The position numbers and the translations under genes are program-made. The notes under the pieces were generated by a model. That model ran no database searches, was not told the origin of the DNA, and was given only the letters and a program-made list of their open reading frames with translations. 64,000 bases of DNA from assembly GCA_964016885.1 (NCBI GenBank), contig OZ024755.1:39556001-39620000 (forward strand). The letters are read 5' to 3'. Numbering within the stretch: the stretch's first letter is position 1; every line of letters starts with the position of its first letter. Of this stretch, positions 1 to 13,569 are shown one piece after another. The stretch comes from Eledone cirrhosa. Lineage: Eukaryota.

Positions 1-3000
1 ACTGTAAAATATCAACACAGATACAATACGACTGCAACAACTGACATAATGTAGAATATCAACATAGATAAAATACGACTGTAACAACTGACATACTGTA
101 AAATATCAACATAGATACAATACGACTGTAACAACTGACATAATGTAGAATATCAACACAGATACAATACGACTGTAACAACTGACATAATGTAGAATAT
201 CAACACAGATACAATACGACTGTAACAACTGACATACTGTAAAATATCAACATAGATACAATACGACTGTAACAACTGACATAATGTAAAATATCAACAT
301 AGATTACAATACGACTGTAACAACTGACATAATGTAGAATATCAACACAGATACAATACGACTGTAACAACTGACATAATGTAAAATATCAACACAGATA
401 CAATACGACTGTAACAACTGACATACTGTAAAATATCAACACAGATACAATACGACTGTAACAACTGACATACTGTAAAATATCAACATAGATACAATAC
501 GACTGTAACAACTGACATACTGTAAAATAGCAACACAGATACAATACGACTGTAACAACTGACATACTGTAAAATATCAACATAGATACAATACGACTCT
601 AACAACTGACATACTGTAAAATATCAACACAGATACAATACGACTGTAACAACTGACATAATGTAAAATATCAACATAGATACAATACGACTGTAACAAC
701 TGACATACTGTAAATATCAACACAGATACAATACGACTGTAACAACTGACATAATGTAAAATATCAACACAGATACAATACGACTGTAACAACTGACATA
801 ATGTAAAATATCAACATAGATACAATACGACTGTAACAACTGACATAATGTAGAATATCAACACAGATACAATACGACTGTAACAACTGACATAATGTAG
901 AATATCAACACAGATACAATATGACTGTAACAACAGTCATAATGTAGAATATCAACACAGATACAATACGACTCTAACAATGACATTCTGTAAAATATCA
1001 ACATAGATACAATACGACTGTAACAACTGACATAATGTAAAATATCAACATAGATACAATACGACTCTAACAACTGACATACTGTAAAATATCAACACAG
1101 ATACTTCATGACTGTAACAACTGACATAATGTAAAATATCAACATAGATACAATACGACTGTAACAACTGACATAATGTAGAATATCAACACAGATACTT
1201 CATGACTGTAACAACTGACATACTGTAAAATATCAACACAGATACAATACGACTGTAACAACTGACATAATGTAGAATATCAACATAGATACAATACGAC
1301 TGTAACAACTGACATAATGTAAAATATCAACACAGATACTTCATGACTGTAACAACTGACATGATGTAAAATATCAACATAGATACAATACGACTGTAAC
1401 AACTGACATACTGTAAAATATCAACACAGATACAATACGACTGTAACAACTGACATACTGTAAAATATCAACACAGATACAATACGACTGTAACAACTGA
1501 CATAATGTAAAATATCAACACAGATACTTCATGACTGTAATAACTGACATAATGTAAAATATCAACATAGATACAATACGACTGTAACAACTGACATACT
1601 GTAAAATATCAACACAGATACAATACGACTGTAACAACTGACATACTGTAAAATATCAACACAGATACAATACGACTGTAACAACTGACATAATGTAGAA
1701 TATCAACATAGATACAATACGACTCTAACAATGACATACTGTAAAATATCAACATAGATACAATACGACTGTAACAACTGACATACTGTAAAATATCAAC
1801 ATAGATACAATACGACTGTAACAACTGACATAATGTAGAATATCAACATAGATACAATACGACTGTAACAACTGACATAATGTAAAATATCAACATAGAT
1901 ACAATACGACTGTAACAACTGACATACTGTAAAATAGCAACATAGATACAATACGACTCTAACAATGACATACTGTAAAATATCAACATAGATACAATAC
2001 GACTGTAACAACTGACATAATGTAGAATATCAACACAGATACAATACGACTGTAACAACTGACATAATGTAGAATATCAACACAGATACAATACGACTGT
2101 AACAACTGACATACTGTAAAATATCAACATAGATACAATACGACTGTAACAACTGACATAATGTAAAATATCAACATAGATTACAATACGACTGTAACAA
2201 CTGACATAATGTAGAATATCAACACAGATACAATACGACTGTAACAACTGACATAATGTAAAATATCAACACAGATACAATACGACTGTAACAACTGACA
2301 TACTGTAAAATATCAACACAGATACAATACGACTGTAACAACTGACATACTGTAAAATATCAACATAGATACAATACGACTGTAACAACTGACATACTGT
2401 AAAATAGCAACACAGATACAATACGACTGTAACAACTGACATACTGTAAAATATCAACATAGATACAATACGACTCTAACAACTGACATACTGTAAAATA
2501 TCAACACAGATACAATACGACTGTAACAACTGACATAATGTAAAATATCAACATAGATACAATACGACTGTAACAACTGACATACTGTAAATATCAACAC
2601 AGATACAATACGACTGTAACAACTGACATAATGTAAAATATCAACACAGATACAATACGACTGTAACAACTGACATAATGTAAAATATCAACATAGATAC
2701 AATACGACTGTAACAACTGACATAATGTAGAATATCAACACAGATACAATACGACTGTAACAACTGACATAATGTAGAATATCAACACAGATACAATATG
2801 ACTGTAACAACAGTCATAATGTAGAATATCAACACAGATACAATACGACTCTAACAATGACATTCTGTAAAATATCAACATAGATACAATACGACTGTAA
2901 CAACTGACATAATGTAAAATATCAACATAGATACAATACGACTCTAACAACTGACATACTGTAAAATATCAACACAGATACTTCATGACTGTAACAACTG

Positions 3001-6000
3001 ACATAATGTAAAATATCAACATAGATACAATACGACTGTAACAACTGACATAATGTAGAATATCAACACAGATACTTCATGACTGTAACAACTGACATAC
3101 TGTAAAATATCAACACAGATACAATACGACTGTAACAACTGACATAATGTAGAATATCAACATAGATACAATACGACTGTAACAACTGACATAATGTAAA
3201 ATATCAACACAGATACTTCATGACTGTAACAACTGACATAATGTAAAATATCAACATAGATACAATACGACTGTAACAACTGACATACTGTAAAATATCA
3301 ACACAGATACAATACGACTGTAACAACTGACATACTGTAAAATATCAACACAGATACAATACGACTGTAACAACTGACATAATGTAAAATATCAACACAG
3401 ATACTTCATGACTGTAATAACTGACATAATGTAAAATATCAACATAGATACAATACGACTGTAACAACTGACATACTGTAAAATATCAACACAGATACAA
3501 TACGACTGTAACAACTGACATACTGTAAAATATCAACACAGATACAATACGACTGTAACAACTGACATAATGTAGAATATCAACATAGATACAATACGAC
3601 TCTAACAATGACATACTGTAAAATATCAACATAGATACAATACGACTGTAACAACTGACATACTGTAAAATATCAACATAGATACAATACGACTGTAACA
3701 ACTGACATAATGTAGAATATCAACATAGATACAATACGACTGTAACAACTGACATAATGTAAAATATCAACATAGATACAATACGACTGTAACAACTGAC
3801 ATACTGTAAAATAGCAACATAGATACAATACGACTCTAACAATGACATACTGTAAAATATCAACATAGATACAATACGACTGTAACAACTGACATACTGT
3901 AAAATATCAACACAGATACAATACGACTGTAACAACTGACATACTGTAAAATATCAACACAGATACAATACGACTGTAACAACTGACATAATGTAGAATA
4001 TAAACATAGATACAATACGACTGTAACAACTGACATACTGTAAAATATCAACATAGATACAATACGACTGTAACAACTGACATAATGTAGAATATCAACA
4101 CAGATACAATACGACTGTAACAACTGACATAATGTAGAATATCAACACAGATACAATACGACTGTAACAACTGACATAACGTAAAATATCAACATAGATA
4201 CAATACGACTGTGACAACTGACATAATGTAAAATATCAACATAGATACAATACGACTGTAACAACTGACATACTGTAAAATATCAACATAGATACAATAC
4301 GACTCTAACAACTGACATACTGTAAAATATCAACATAGATTCAATACGACTGTAACAACTGACATAATGTAGAATATCAACATAGATACAATACGACTGT
4401 AACAACTGACATAATGTAGAATATCAACATAGATATAATACGACTGTAACAACTGACATAATGTAGGATATCAACACAGATACAATACGACTGTAACAAC
4501 TGACATAATGTAGAATATCAACATAGATATAATACGACTGCAACAACTGACATAATGTAGAATATCAACACAGATACAATACGACTGTAACAACTGACAT
4601 AATGTAGAATATCAACACAGATACAATACGACTGTAACAACTGACATACTGTAGAATATCAACATAGATACAATACGACTGTAACAACTGACATAATGTA
4701 AAATATCAACATAGATACAATACGACTGTAACAACTGACATACTGTAAAATATCAACATAGATACAATACGACTGTAACAACTGACACAATGTAGAATAT
4801 CAACACAGATACAATACGACTGTAACAACTGACATAATGTAGAATATCAACATAGATACAATACGACTGTAACAACTGACATAATGTAGAATATCAACAC
4901 AGATACAATACGACTGTAACAACTGACATACTGTAAAATATCAACACAGATACAATACGACTGTAACAACTTACATAATGTAGAATATCAACATAGATAT
5001 AATACGACTGTAACAACTGACATACTGTAAAATATCAACACAGATACAATACGACTCTAACAACTGACATACTGTAAAATATTAACATAGATACAATACG
5101 ACTGTAACAACTGACATACTGTAAAATATCAACATAGATACAATACGACTGTAACAACTGACATAATGTAGAATATCAACACAGATACAATACGACTGTA
5201 ACAACTGACATAATGTCGAATATCAACATAGATACAATACGACTGTAACAACTGACATAATGTAGAATATCAACACAGATACAATACGACTGTAACAACT
5301 GACATACTGTAAAATATCAACACAGATACAATACGACTGTAACAACTGACATAACGTAAAATATCAACATAGATACAATACGACTGTAACAGCTGACATA
5401 ATGTAGAATATCAACACAGATACAATACGACTAACAACTGACATAATGTAAAATATCAACACAGATACAATACGACTGTAACAACTGACATACTGTAAAA
5501 TATCAACACAGATACAATACGACTGTAACAACTGACATACTGTAAAATATCAACATAGATACAATACGACTGTAACAACTGACATACTGTAAAATATCAA
5601 CACAGATACAATACGACTGTAACAACTGACATACTGTAAAATATCAACATAGATACAATACGACTGTAACAACTGACATACTGTAAAATATCAACACAGA
5701 TACAATACGACTGTAACAACTGGCATAATGTAGAATATCAACATAGATACAATACGACTGTAACAACTGACATAATGTAAAATATCAACATAGATACAAT
5801 ACGACTGTAACAACTGACATAATGTAAAATATCAACATAGATACAATACGACTGTAACAACTGACATAATGTAGAATATCAACATAGATACAATACGACT
5901 GTAACAACTGACATACTGTAAAATATCAACATAGATACAATACGACTGTAACAACTGACATACTGTAAAATATCAACACAGATACAATACGACTGTAACA

Positions 6001-6007
6001 ACTGACT
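1..6007. repeat. 47-bp tandem satellite, about 128 monomers, truncated by the window start
   Basis: Monomer TGTA(A/G)AATATCAACA(C/T)AGATACAATACGACTGTAACAACTGACATA(A/C) repeats without interruption to ~6007. Confidence 0.98.
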
Positions 6008-6369
6008 TAGAACACTTGAAATTAAAGTTGTTTAGTCACATTAATTAAAAGTAAAATTAATGGACTTGAATTAATGAGAATAGATATAACAACTCTCATA
6101 GCCATTTCATTTTGAAAGGGTTCGCAATTCGGTAAACTTGTGCAGGACGAACAAAGGATATTGTTCTCACGTTCAATCATGAAATATTTTTCTAATTACA
6201 TGCACTTCTACCGAAGAGAGATGACAGCAATGATTCCAGCTATAATAACGAGAAAATCATGCTTTAAGTTACTAGTAGCTACAAACCACTCATTGTTCGA
6301 CAGCTGAGGTGAAAGTGATTTTATTATTCACATATAAACATCGATGAACCAACGTGGGTGAAGAGTGCT

Positions 6370-6734
6370 CGAGCTATATATATCTAGTCGAATCCTATCC
6401 TGGGTCTTCTAGCTTTTGTTGGAGGAACCTCTCCCTGGTTGACCTCCACCACTTTCTGTTTCGTTTTGGTCATGGCAGGGATGTAGCGGTATTCACTTCA
6501 CTTGGTGATTTGTTGCTAGGTGAGTCTATTTAACCAGGGAGGATGGCTGCTGAACCTGAGGAGTTCAACCGCCATTTTAACAATTCTTGTTTTTTGAGGT
6601 GCTAAGGTTTCACTTAGTTTCCTAACAGACCAAGGCCTGGCGAAGGAACCAGTTTAATAGCTGACCACTCGACCATAAAGGAAGTTTACTGGGTTACATG
6701 GTACCAGAAGCAAGCACGAGCCTGACCTGACCTT

Positions 6735-6735
<1 letters not shown>
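6370..6735 (-). mobile_element. 5' head fragment of an RTE-related element
   Basis: Minus strand begins GGTCAGGTCAGG..CTGGTACCATGTAACCCAGTA..TAAACTGG, the same head motif as the elements ending at 9450, 26595 and 27252. Confidence 0.5.
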
Positions 6736-6765
<30 letters not shown>

Positions 6766-6863
6766 GTGGTAGAATACTGGAAGGTAATATCCGTAGTGGC
6801 AGAGCACTGAGTCCATGGGACGAGTTACGTAGTAATGGTTACACAACAGTTAGTTCACCATAC

Positions 6864-6901
6864 CGAGAACAATTGTTTCACCTTAGCGGATCTTCAGCTC
6901 G
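6864..6901 (-). ncRNA. Minimal type I hammerhead ribozyme (family D pLTR, tail runs to ~6765)
   Basis: cgag-CTGAAGA-tccgctaaggt-GAAAC-aatt-GTT-ctcg: stem I cgag/ctcg, palindromic stem III ACAATTGT, short stem II. Confidence 0.7.
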
Positions 6902-6906
6902 TAATG

Positions 6907-6952
<46 letters not shown>

Positions 6953-6958
<6 letters not shown>

Positions 6959-7092
6959 GTTTCTACTTTTGTCAAAAGGTCAACAATTATCCAAGTATAT
7001 TACTGGTACTTTATTTTATCGACCCCGTAAGGATGAAAGGCAAAGTTAACCTCGGCGGGATCTGAAGTGAGACCGTAAAGGGATGTAACTAC
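6953..7092 (-). mobile_element. tRNA-derived SINE, type 1 (partial)
   Basis: Core GTACTTTATTTTATCGACCCCGTAAGGATGAAAGGCAAAGTTAACCTCGGCGG, found more than 10 times in the window; resembles octopus OK-type SINEs (from memory). Confidence 0.8.
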
Positions 7093-7113
7093 CTTATATT
7101 TATATAATTATAC

Positions 7114-7195
<82 letters not shown>

Positions 7196-7228
7196 TTATA
7201 TAAATATAAGGTAGTTACGTCCCTTTAC

Positions 7229-7425
7229 AGCCGTACTAAGAGTGAGAAATGAAATTTCGTTTCATTTTATCCATTTATCGTTTTCGGTGCGCCCGGCCGA
7301 TTAACTCACTCGATATGCAAATTAGGCTGCTCAGACGTTAATATGCATAAGGAAAGTATATACTTTCAGACGTTCAATCATCTGGCAGAAAGGGCAACGA
7401 TGGTTGCTAAACACTGTACGGCTTA
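7229..7425. mobile_element. MITE-like dispersed repeat with short terminal inverted repeats
   Basis: Ends AGCCGTAC...GTACGGCT; a related, longer copy lies at 63741-63997. Confidence 0.6.
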
Positions 7426-7574
7426 ATACCGGATGTTTGTTTACAAACAAACCGAGCATTATAATAAATGTTCGATAAATCCATACGTACATATATATAT
7501 ATATGTGTGTGTGCATGTATGTATATATATACATACTACTGTACGTCTGTATACATATATGTATGTACGTATAC

Positions 7575-7606
<32 letters not shown>

Positions 7607-7779
7607 GAAAGAATATTTTCGAAACAGCGAGTGGGTTTGAAATTATTAGAAATGTCGCCGTATTTTGACAAAAGAAATTAAAGAAATTATTTAGCCTGAT
7701 AGTGGGGTTAAAAACCCTCGGAGAAATCGAAAAAGATGAGTATTGACGTGATATACATATATATATATATATATATATA

Positions 7780-7988
7780 ATACGATATATTAACAAATGG
7801 AAACTATATTTATAAAACCTTATTTATTTCATTATACATATTTCAAGGGCCACCAAATAAATATGGTTTTATAAATATAGTTTCCATTTGTTAATATATC
7901 GTATTTTTACTCCAATAATTTGTTGAGTGCTTTATATCAGTTATAAAAATATTTGCTTGTTGTATCCCAACAATTTAAATAGAACTTC

Positions 7989-7992
<4 letters not shown>
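7780..7992 (+). mobile_element. Short fold-back PLE pLTR insertion (family E)
   Basis: Inverted arms 7780-7830 and 7855-7903 plus a tail; same family as 44748-45196; flanked by (TA)n. Confidence 0.75.
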
Positions 7993-8081
<89 letters not shown>

Positions 8082-8284
8082 ATATGTATATTAATAAATG
8101 GAGATAACCACTCAATTTTAATTAGAAAAGATGGTTAACGAAACGTATGTAGAGTAACTGATGTGTTGATCCTTGCAGACTCTGGCTTATCTTTCAATAA
8201 ACACACATACATACATACATACATACATACATACATACATACATACATACATACATACATACATACATACTTACATACATACAT

Positions 8285-8625
8285 ATATGATGGCTACCCC
8301 CTCGTTATCTAGTATGGCCATTGCACTATATACCATTATTAATAATTATTGATTAATTCTATCGTGCAATGCCTGTTCATGAAGATATTTTTTTAAAGTG
8401 AGGAAAGACTGTGCACTGAGCCAATCCCACTCTCTGAACGACAGTAGCTATAACCCGAAAAGAAGAAAAGATCAACATCATCGGTAACTACGGAGCCGCA
8501 GGTTTTATATCGGTGTTATCCCAGTTCTCTGAGTTGCCTTCACCTAGAAGAATGCCCTGACAAGGGCTAGGGGTCCTTCACTCCCAGTGGTTTAACCGCG
8601 TGATCGGGTGTCCAGCCCGACTATT
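8285..8625 (-). mobile_element. RTE-derived 3' fragment with (ATGT)n tail
   Basis: 3' end shared with 45720-45870; internal motif GCACTGAGCCAATCCCACTCTCT resembles the 8843 family; abuts (CATA)n. Confidence 0.6.
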
Positions 8626-8842
8626 TCTATGTCCCCGCACATATACATACATATGTACATGTATATACATATTTACACACTTTGGGATGGCCGTTGACTC
8701 TCAGGAGTTCTTCCGCCCTTTGTCACGTTTTGTTTTTTGTGTAGGTGTCCAAAATCACCCTCCTCACCAATTAAACCGGTTGTACTGGGTTACATGTTAC
8801 CAGTAGCTCTCTTGAGTGACCTGACATATACATACATACATA

Positions 8843-9450
8843 CATGGTGGCTGCCAACTCGTTTTCGAGTACGGCCACTACTTTATATCCATGTAGGAGA
8901 ACTCCTACCGATGCGCTGAACGACTATGACTTTTTAGTCCAGCCAGCGACTTGAAAACTCTGGTACAAACACTACACTTGTGACAATTATTGACACATAG
9001 TGCTGGGCCATGGTACCATGTGACGACAAGTGCAGAGAGATCTCCAGATATAAAGCAATGCGTGTGCTGTGAAGCTTTTATAGTGAGCAAAGGCACTGCA
9101 CAAAGCCAGTCCCACTCGCTTAACCAAGATGATATTTATCAAAAAGAAGAACAAGTCAACATCATTGGATACCATCAGGGTTGCAGGTGTTATATAAGAG
9201 TTTTCCTTCTCCTAGAATTCTGCCTTGACAAAAGCTAAGGGGTCATCTCTCCCGGTGATTTTGGATGGCCATTGACTCTTAAGAGGTCCTTTGCCCTTTG
9301 ACAGGTTTTGTTTTTAGTCCTGCAGGATGTCCAAAGTCACCCTCCTCACCAAGAAACCTTGGTGGGGTTGCCAGTTTAGTCGCCAACGACCCGACCATGA
9401 GACAGGTACTGGGATACATGTTACCAGTAGCACCAACTGGTGACCTGACA
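8843..9450 (-). mobile_element. Non-autonomous bipartite RTE derivative (~610 bp)
   Basis: 3' part encodes the C2H2-like end of an RTE ORF (HKCSVCTRVFKSLAGLKSHSRSAH) joined to a non-coding head; (ATGT)n flanks; near-identical copies at 25982-26595 and 26612-27252. Confidence 0.75.
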
Positions 9451-9699
9451 TACATACATACATACATACATACATACATACATACATACATACATACATA
9501 CATACATACATACATACGTATACACACACATATACAAATACTCAAAAGAGGGGCGGGGGCGCACAGGACAAAAACAAATGGAAAAAGAACGGAAAAACGG
9601 ACAGTCCGATCTGTTCCGTCAATCTCTGGAAATCACTATGGTTTCGGTATTTTTAGGTTCGTAACGTTTAGCTATAAGCTAACGTTTAGCTATATATAT

Positions 9700-9810
<111 letters not shown>

Positions 9811-9859
9811 TAACGTTTAGCTATATATATATATATATATATATATAAATATATATATT

Positions 9860-10247
9860 GTAAAGAAAACGAAAAATCAGTGATGCATCTGGATATAGTT
9901 TATTTCGTGTTACAAATGTTTCGACGGCAGGTAGCTCGAGACATGGTCCGTGTATGGATCTGGCTGATTCTACTTCTGCGGGTTCTTTCAGACACGGTGA
10001 TAAAATTTGCTGCGGACATAACACCCGTGTCTGAAAGAACCCGCAGAAGTAGAATCAGCCAGATCCATACACGGACCAGACTTGAGCTACATGTCGGCGA
10101 AACATTTGTAACACGAAATAAACTATATCCAGATGCATCACTGATTTTTCGTTTTATTTATAATACCTACACTCTATTCTGATGAATATCGAGTGCTAAT
10201 CTTGGCATACCGCCTACGGAAGCACCATAGCTACCATTATACATAAC

Positions 10248-10248
<1 letters not shown>
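9860..10248 (+). mobile_element. Fold-back pLTR insertion (family B) with an HHR-like motif in each arm (10026-10115 +, 9906-9996 -)
   Basis: Arms 9860-9996 and 10025-10162; cgtgt-CTGAAAGA...GAAAC-attt-GTA-acacg (core has an extra A); tail 10165-10248 is absent from the inverted arm. Confidence 0.7.
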
Positions 10249-10305
<57 letters not shown>

Positions 10306-10308
10306 TAC

Positions 10309-10384
<76 letters not shown>

Positions 10385-10386
<2 letters not shown>

Positions 10387-10576
10387 CGAAGGAAATGTGG
10401 TAAGGAACCAGGTGGACCATAACGCACCAAAGTACTCAATACTTAGGGTAGTAGAGTGGGTAATAGGAACCAGTAAGACCCCGACGGCTGAGCTCAAGCC
10501 GTTTCGACGGCTAATTCTGGAATCCAGAATTAGCCGTCGAAACGGCTTGAGCTCAGCCGTCGGGGTCTTACTGGTT

Positions 10577-10580
<4 letters not shown>
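10385..10580 (-). mobile_element. Fold-back pLTR insertion (family C)
   Basis: Near-perfect palindrome 10463-10579 centred at ~10521, plus tail 10385-10462; carries only the 3' half of an HHR (GAAAC-ggc..gcc-GTC-gggg); related copies at 17100-17282, 42760-42817 and 56715. Confidence 0.75.
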
Positions 10581-10612
<32 letters not shown>

Positions 10613-10669
10613 GAGTTGACGGACCCAGTATATTTATGATAGCCAGGACCGGTTGTATCTCAGCGTACT

Positions 10670-10720
<51 letters not shown>

Positions 10721-11240
10721 TATATAAATATACAAATATATATATATGTTCTCTTTGTATAGTTTGTGTAATTCGCCCATGTTATAATTTGTCTCTATCT
10801 GTTGGCCGTATCAATACACGCGTGTTTTATTTTCTCCCCAATTATTTTTCTCATTTTCCGTGTCCCTTCCTCTCATAACTCTTTACTTTCTAATTATCTT
10901 ATTTTTCTACCTCTATACACACACACACACACTGCCCCCCCCTGCCCCCTGCCATATATATGGATGGACTCTCTCGTCGTAAACGACAGACGAGTGTTAA
11001 GCAAATACTGTATGTTATGGCTTCTCATATGCGTAAGAGGCAACATGTTGCCAAGGAACGCAGTTGATTTACAGAACAATCAGCACAAAAGTTTTATTTA
11101 AAGTGAGCAGTTATCTGTGTCATACAGCACACTCTTCCACCCACATAGCATCAGCTCCAGCACTACAGTCCAGTGTAACACTTGTACGAAGAAAGCATAA
11201 TCGCAGGCTTTGAGAATTATATATATATAATAATATATAT

Positions 11241-11921
11241 GTAGTAAGAAACACAGTAAACCGTGTGTCTAATATTACAAGGGTTGAAAGACCACATTTG
11301 TTCGAAATATTTAACCATGAAGCAGACAGAATGATAAAATAAAATTTTATTATACAAACCGCCTCAATAACAATTATATCTCTCGGGCAGATTAGGGATA
11401 ATCAGTTTCGCCCTGAGTGTGTTTGCAACAGATAATCCACGGGCATCATCAGCGAGAGAATCTGATTAAATGCGACAAACACTACTTGGAGCTTAATGAT
11501 TACAGGTTTCAATAAGAGTTATTAACTCTAATTTTCATTTATATTTCGGCTCCCTCATGAGGTGAGCTTATTAAGTTGCGTGTGTTGGACTGTTGTTTCT
11601 AACCAATACACTCATACCACTTTTGACTTGCGGCACACGAGGTGATAAATTCATCTTTCTGTGTGAACGTTGGTACATAGTGTTTGTCGCATTTAATCAG
11701 ATTCTCTCGCTGATGATGCCCGTGGATTATCTGTTGCAAACACACTCAGGGCGAAACTGATTATCCCTAATCTGTCCGAGAGATATAATTGTTATTGAGG
11801 CGGTTTGTATAATATAATTTTATTTTATCATTCTGTCTGCTTCATGGTTAAATATTTCAAACAAATGTGGTCTTTCAACCCTTGTAATATTAGACACACG
11901 ATTTACTGTGTTTCTTACTAC
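11241..11921. mobile_element. PLE-type insertion with ~245-bp inverted arms
   Basis: 11241-11484 is the reverse complement of 11678-11921; each arm holds an HHR; 11484-11542 is duplicated at 11955-12012. Confidence 0.8.
11703..11783 (+). ncRNA. Type I hammerhead ribozyme, intact core
   Basis: tctctcg-CTGATGA-t-gccc..gggc-GAAAC-tgatta..taatct-GTC-cgagaga: 7-bp stem I, stems II and III, GUC site. The minus-strand twin (11379-11459) has GCC at the cleavage triplet. Confidence 0.9.
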
Positions 11922-12009
11922 ATATATATTATTATTATAATGCTCAGTATTTTATACTTGGAGCTTAATGATTACAGGGTTTCAATAAGAGTTATTAACT
12001 CTAATTTTC

Positions 12010-12062
<53 letters not shown>

Positions 12063-12207
12063 AAGGAATTAAAAGATGGTTAAAAAAGTTCCATATATTT
12101 TATTATGCGCATTTCAAAAACAAATATCATCCTGGGGCGATAGTTGCGTTCTATTCAGATAAAATAAGGTAACATGATATGATGCATAGATAAAACTTGT
12201 GAACACC

Positions 12208-12314
<107 letters not shown>

Positions 12315-12316
12315 TA

Positions 12317-12435
12317 CAGGGTGGCCGAAAAGTCGCAATATATAGGAAATTAAGTTTCCATATTTATTTATTTTGAATAAATTATTTCTTATAAAAATAA
12401 TAAATGTTTTTATGTATCGTGACTTTTGGACCACC

Positions 12436-12438
<3 letters not shown>
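12317..12438. mobile_element. Tc1/mariner-type MITE
   Basis: Imperfect ~24-bp TIRs CAGGGTGGCCGAAAAGTCGCAATA / TATCGTGACTTTTGGACCACCCTG, with TA on both sides. Confidence 0.75.
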
Positions 12439-12527
<89 letters not shown>

Positions 12528-12548
12528 GATTTGCTTCGAAATCACCAG

Positions 12549-12641
12549 ACGTATCTGAGGAACTTGCGAATCCAGAGTCAGGTTCGATCCACAAATAGAT
12601 CGCACCTCGAGCTGTTCGCTGGAGAAACAATTGTAATACGT
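12549..12641 (+). ncRNA. Type I hammerhead ribozyme with long domain II (family B pLTR, 12530-12770)
   Basis: acgtat-CTGAGGA-(~62 nt)-GAAAC-aatt-GTA-atacgt; stem II closure is uncertain. Confidence 0.65.
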
Positions 12642-12789
12642 AATAAATTGTGTTCCGATGCATCACTGATTCTTCGTTTTCCATATTATCATACTCTGCT
12701 CCGAAGGATCATAGAGTGCTCAACCGGCAAATCGCCCATGGACGTATCCAAGCAACCTTACTACAAATATACATATATATATATAGTGA

Positions 12790-12950
12790 AATAATTGTTT
12801 CTACTTTTGGCACAAGGCCAGCAATAATCCAGTGTATTACTGGTACTTTATTCTATCGACCCCATAAGGATGAAAGGCAAAGTTAACCTCGGCGGGATTT
12901 GAACTCAGCATGGCGTCCGTCCCTCTACCGATACTGCCAATCCACCGCAC
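12790..12950 (-). mobile_element. tRNA-derived SINE, type 1
   Basis: Same core as 6953-7092, with B-box-like GAGTTCAAATCC on the minus strand. Confidence 0.8.
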
Positions 12951-12959
12951 TATATATAG

Positions 12960-13490
12960 TGAAATAATATGACAAGGACGATTGGTTACTCCTTCATTAC
13001 GTTTATTGGTTGGTGACACGCGTTTCGCCGCTGATCAGCTCAAGGTTTGATCTGTATCGATCTGACCCGACTCTGTAACCACGGCTCGTCAGACCCCTTA
13101 TAATGTTAGTGGTAAAATGAATACATGCTGTATGATAAATATAAAGTCAGAAGTTCCTATGGTGATCATTAAAGTTTGTTTTGATTGGTGGATTAATTCA
13201 TAGGGATGAGTTTGCCTGTAGTGTATGTGGGGGTGGGTGTGGTGACAAGTTGGTGGTTTGGTCGCAGGTTGAAGTTGGCGGTGATGTGGGGGTGGTGGTT
13301 GTCAGTAGACAGTTTGGCATGTAGATGTGGCTGATTGTTGTGTGTGGTGCGGGTGTGGTGATGTTGTTTGTGATAAAGATGAAAGGTTGCGGTGTTTATG
13401 GTGGTGTGATGATTGTGTTCGTGGTTTCATTTCCTAAGGAGATACATATAGAGACACACTAGGTCTGACAAATAAGTTGTATACATACAC

Positions 13491-13569
<79 letters not shown>

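Noticed and set aside
1-6007. CRISPR-like array or coding ORFs in the 47-bp repeat
   Set aside because: No unique spacers, eukaryotic context, and the period is not a multiple of 3; ORFs are repeat artefacts.
8905-9096. Host C2H2 zinc-finger gene
   Set aside because: Single finger inside a dispersed repeat present three times; fits an RTE ORF end.
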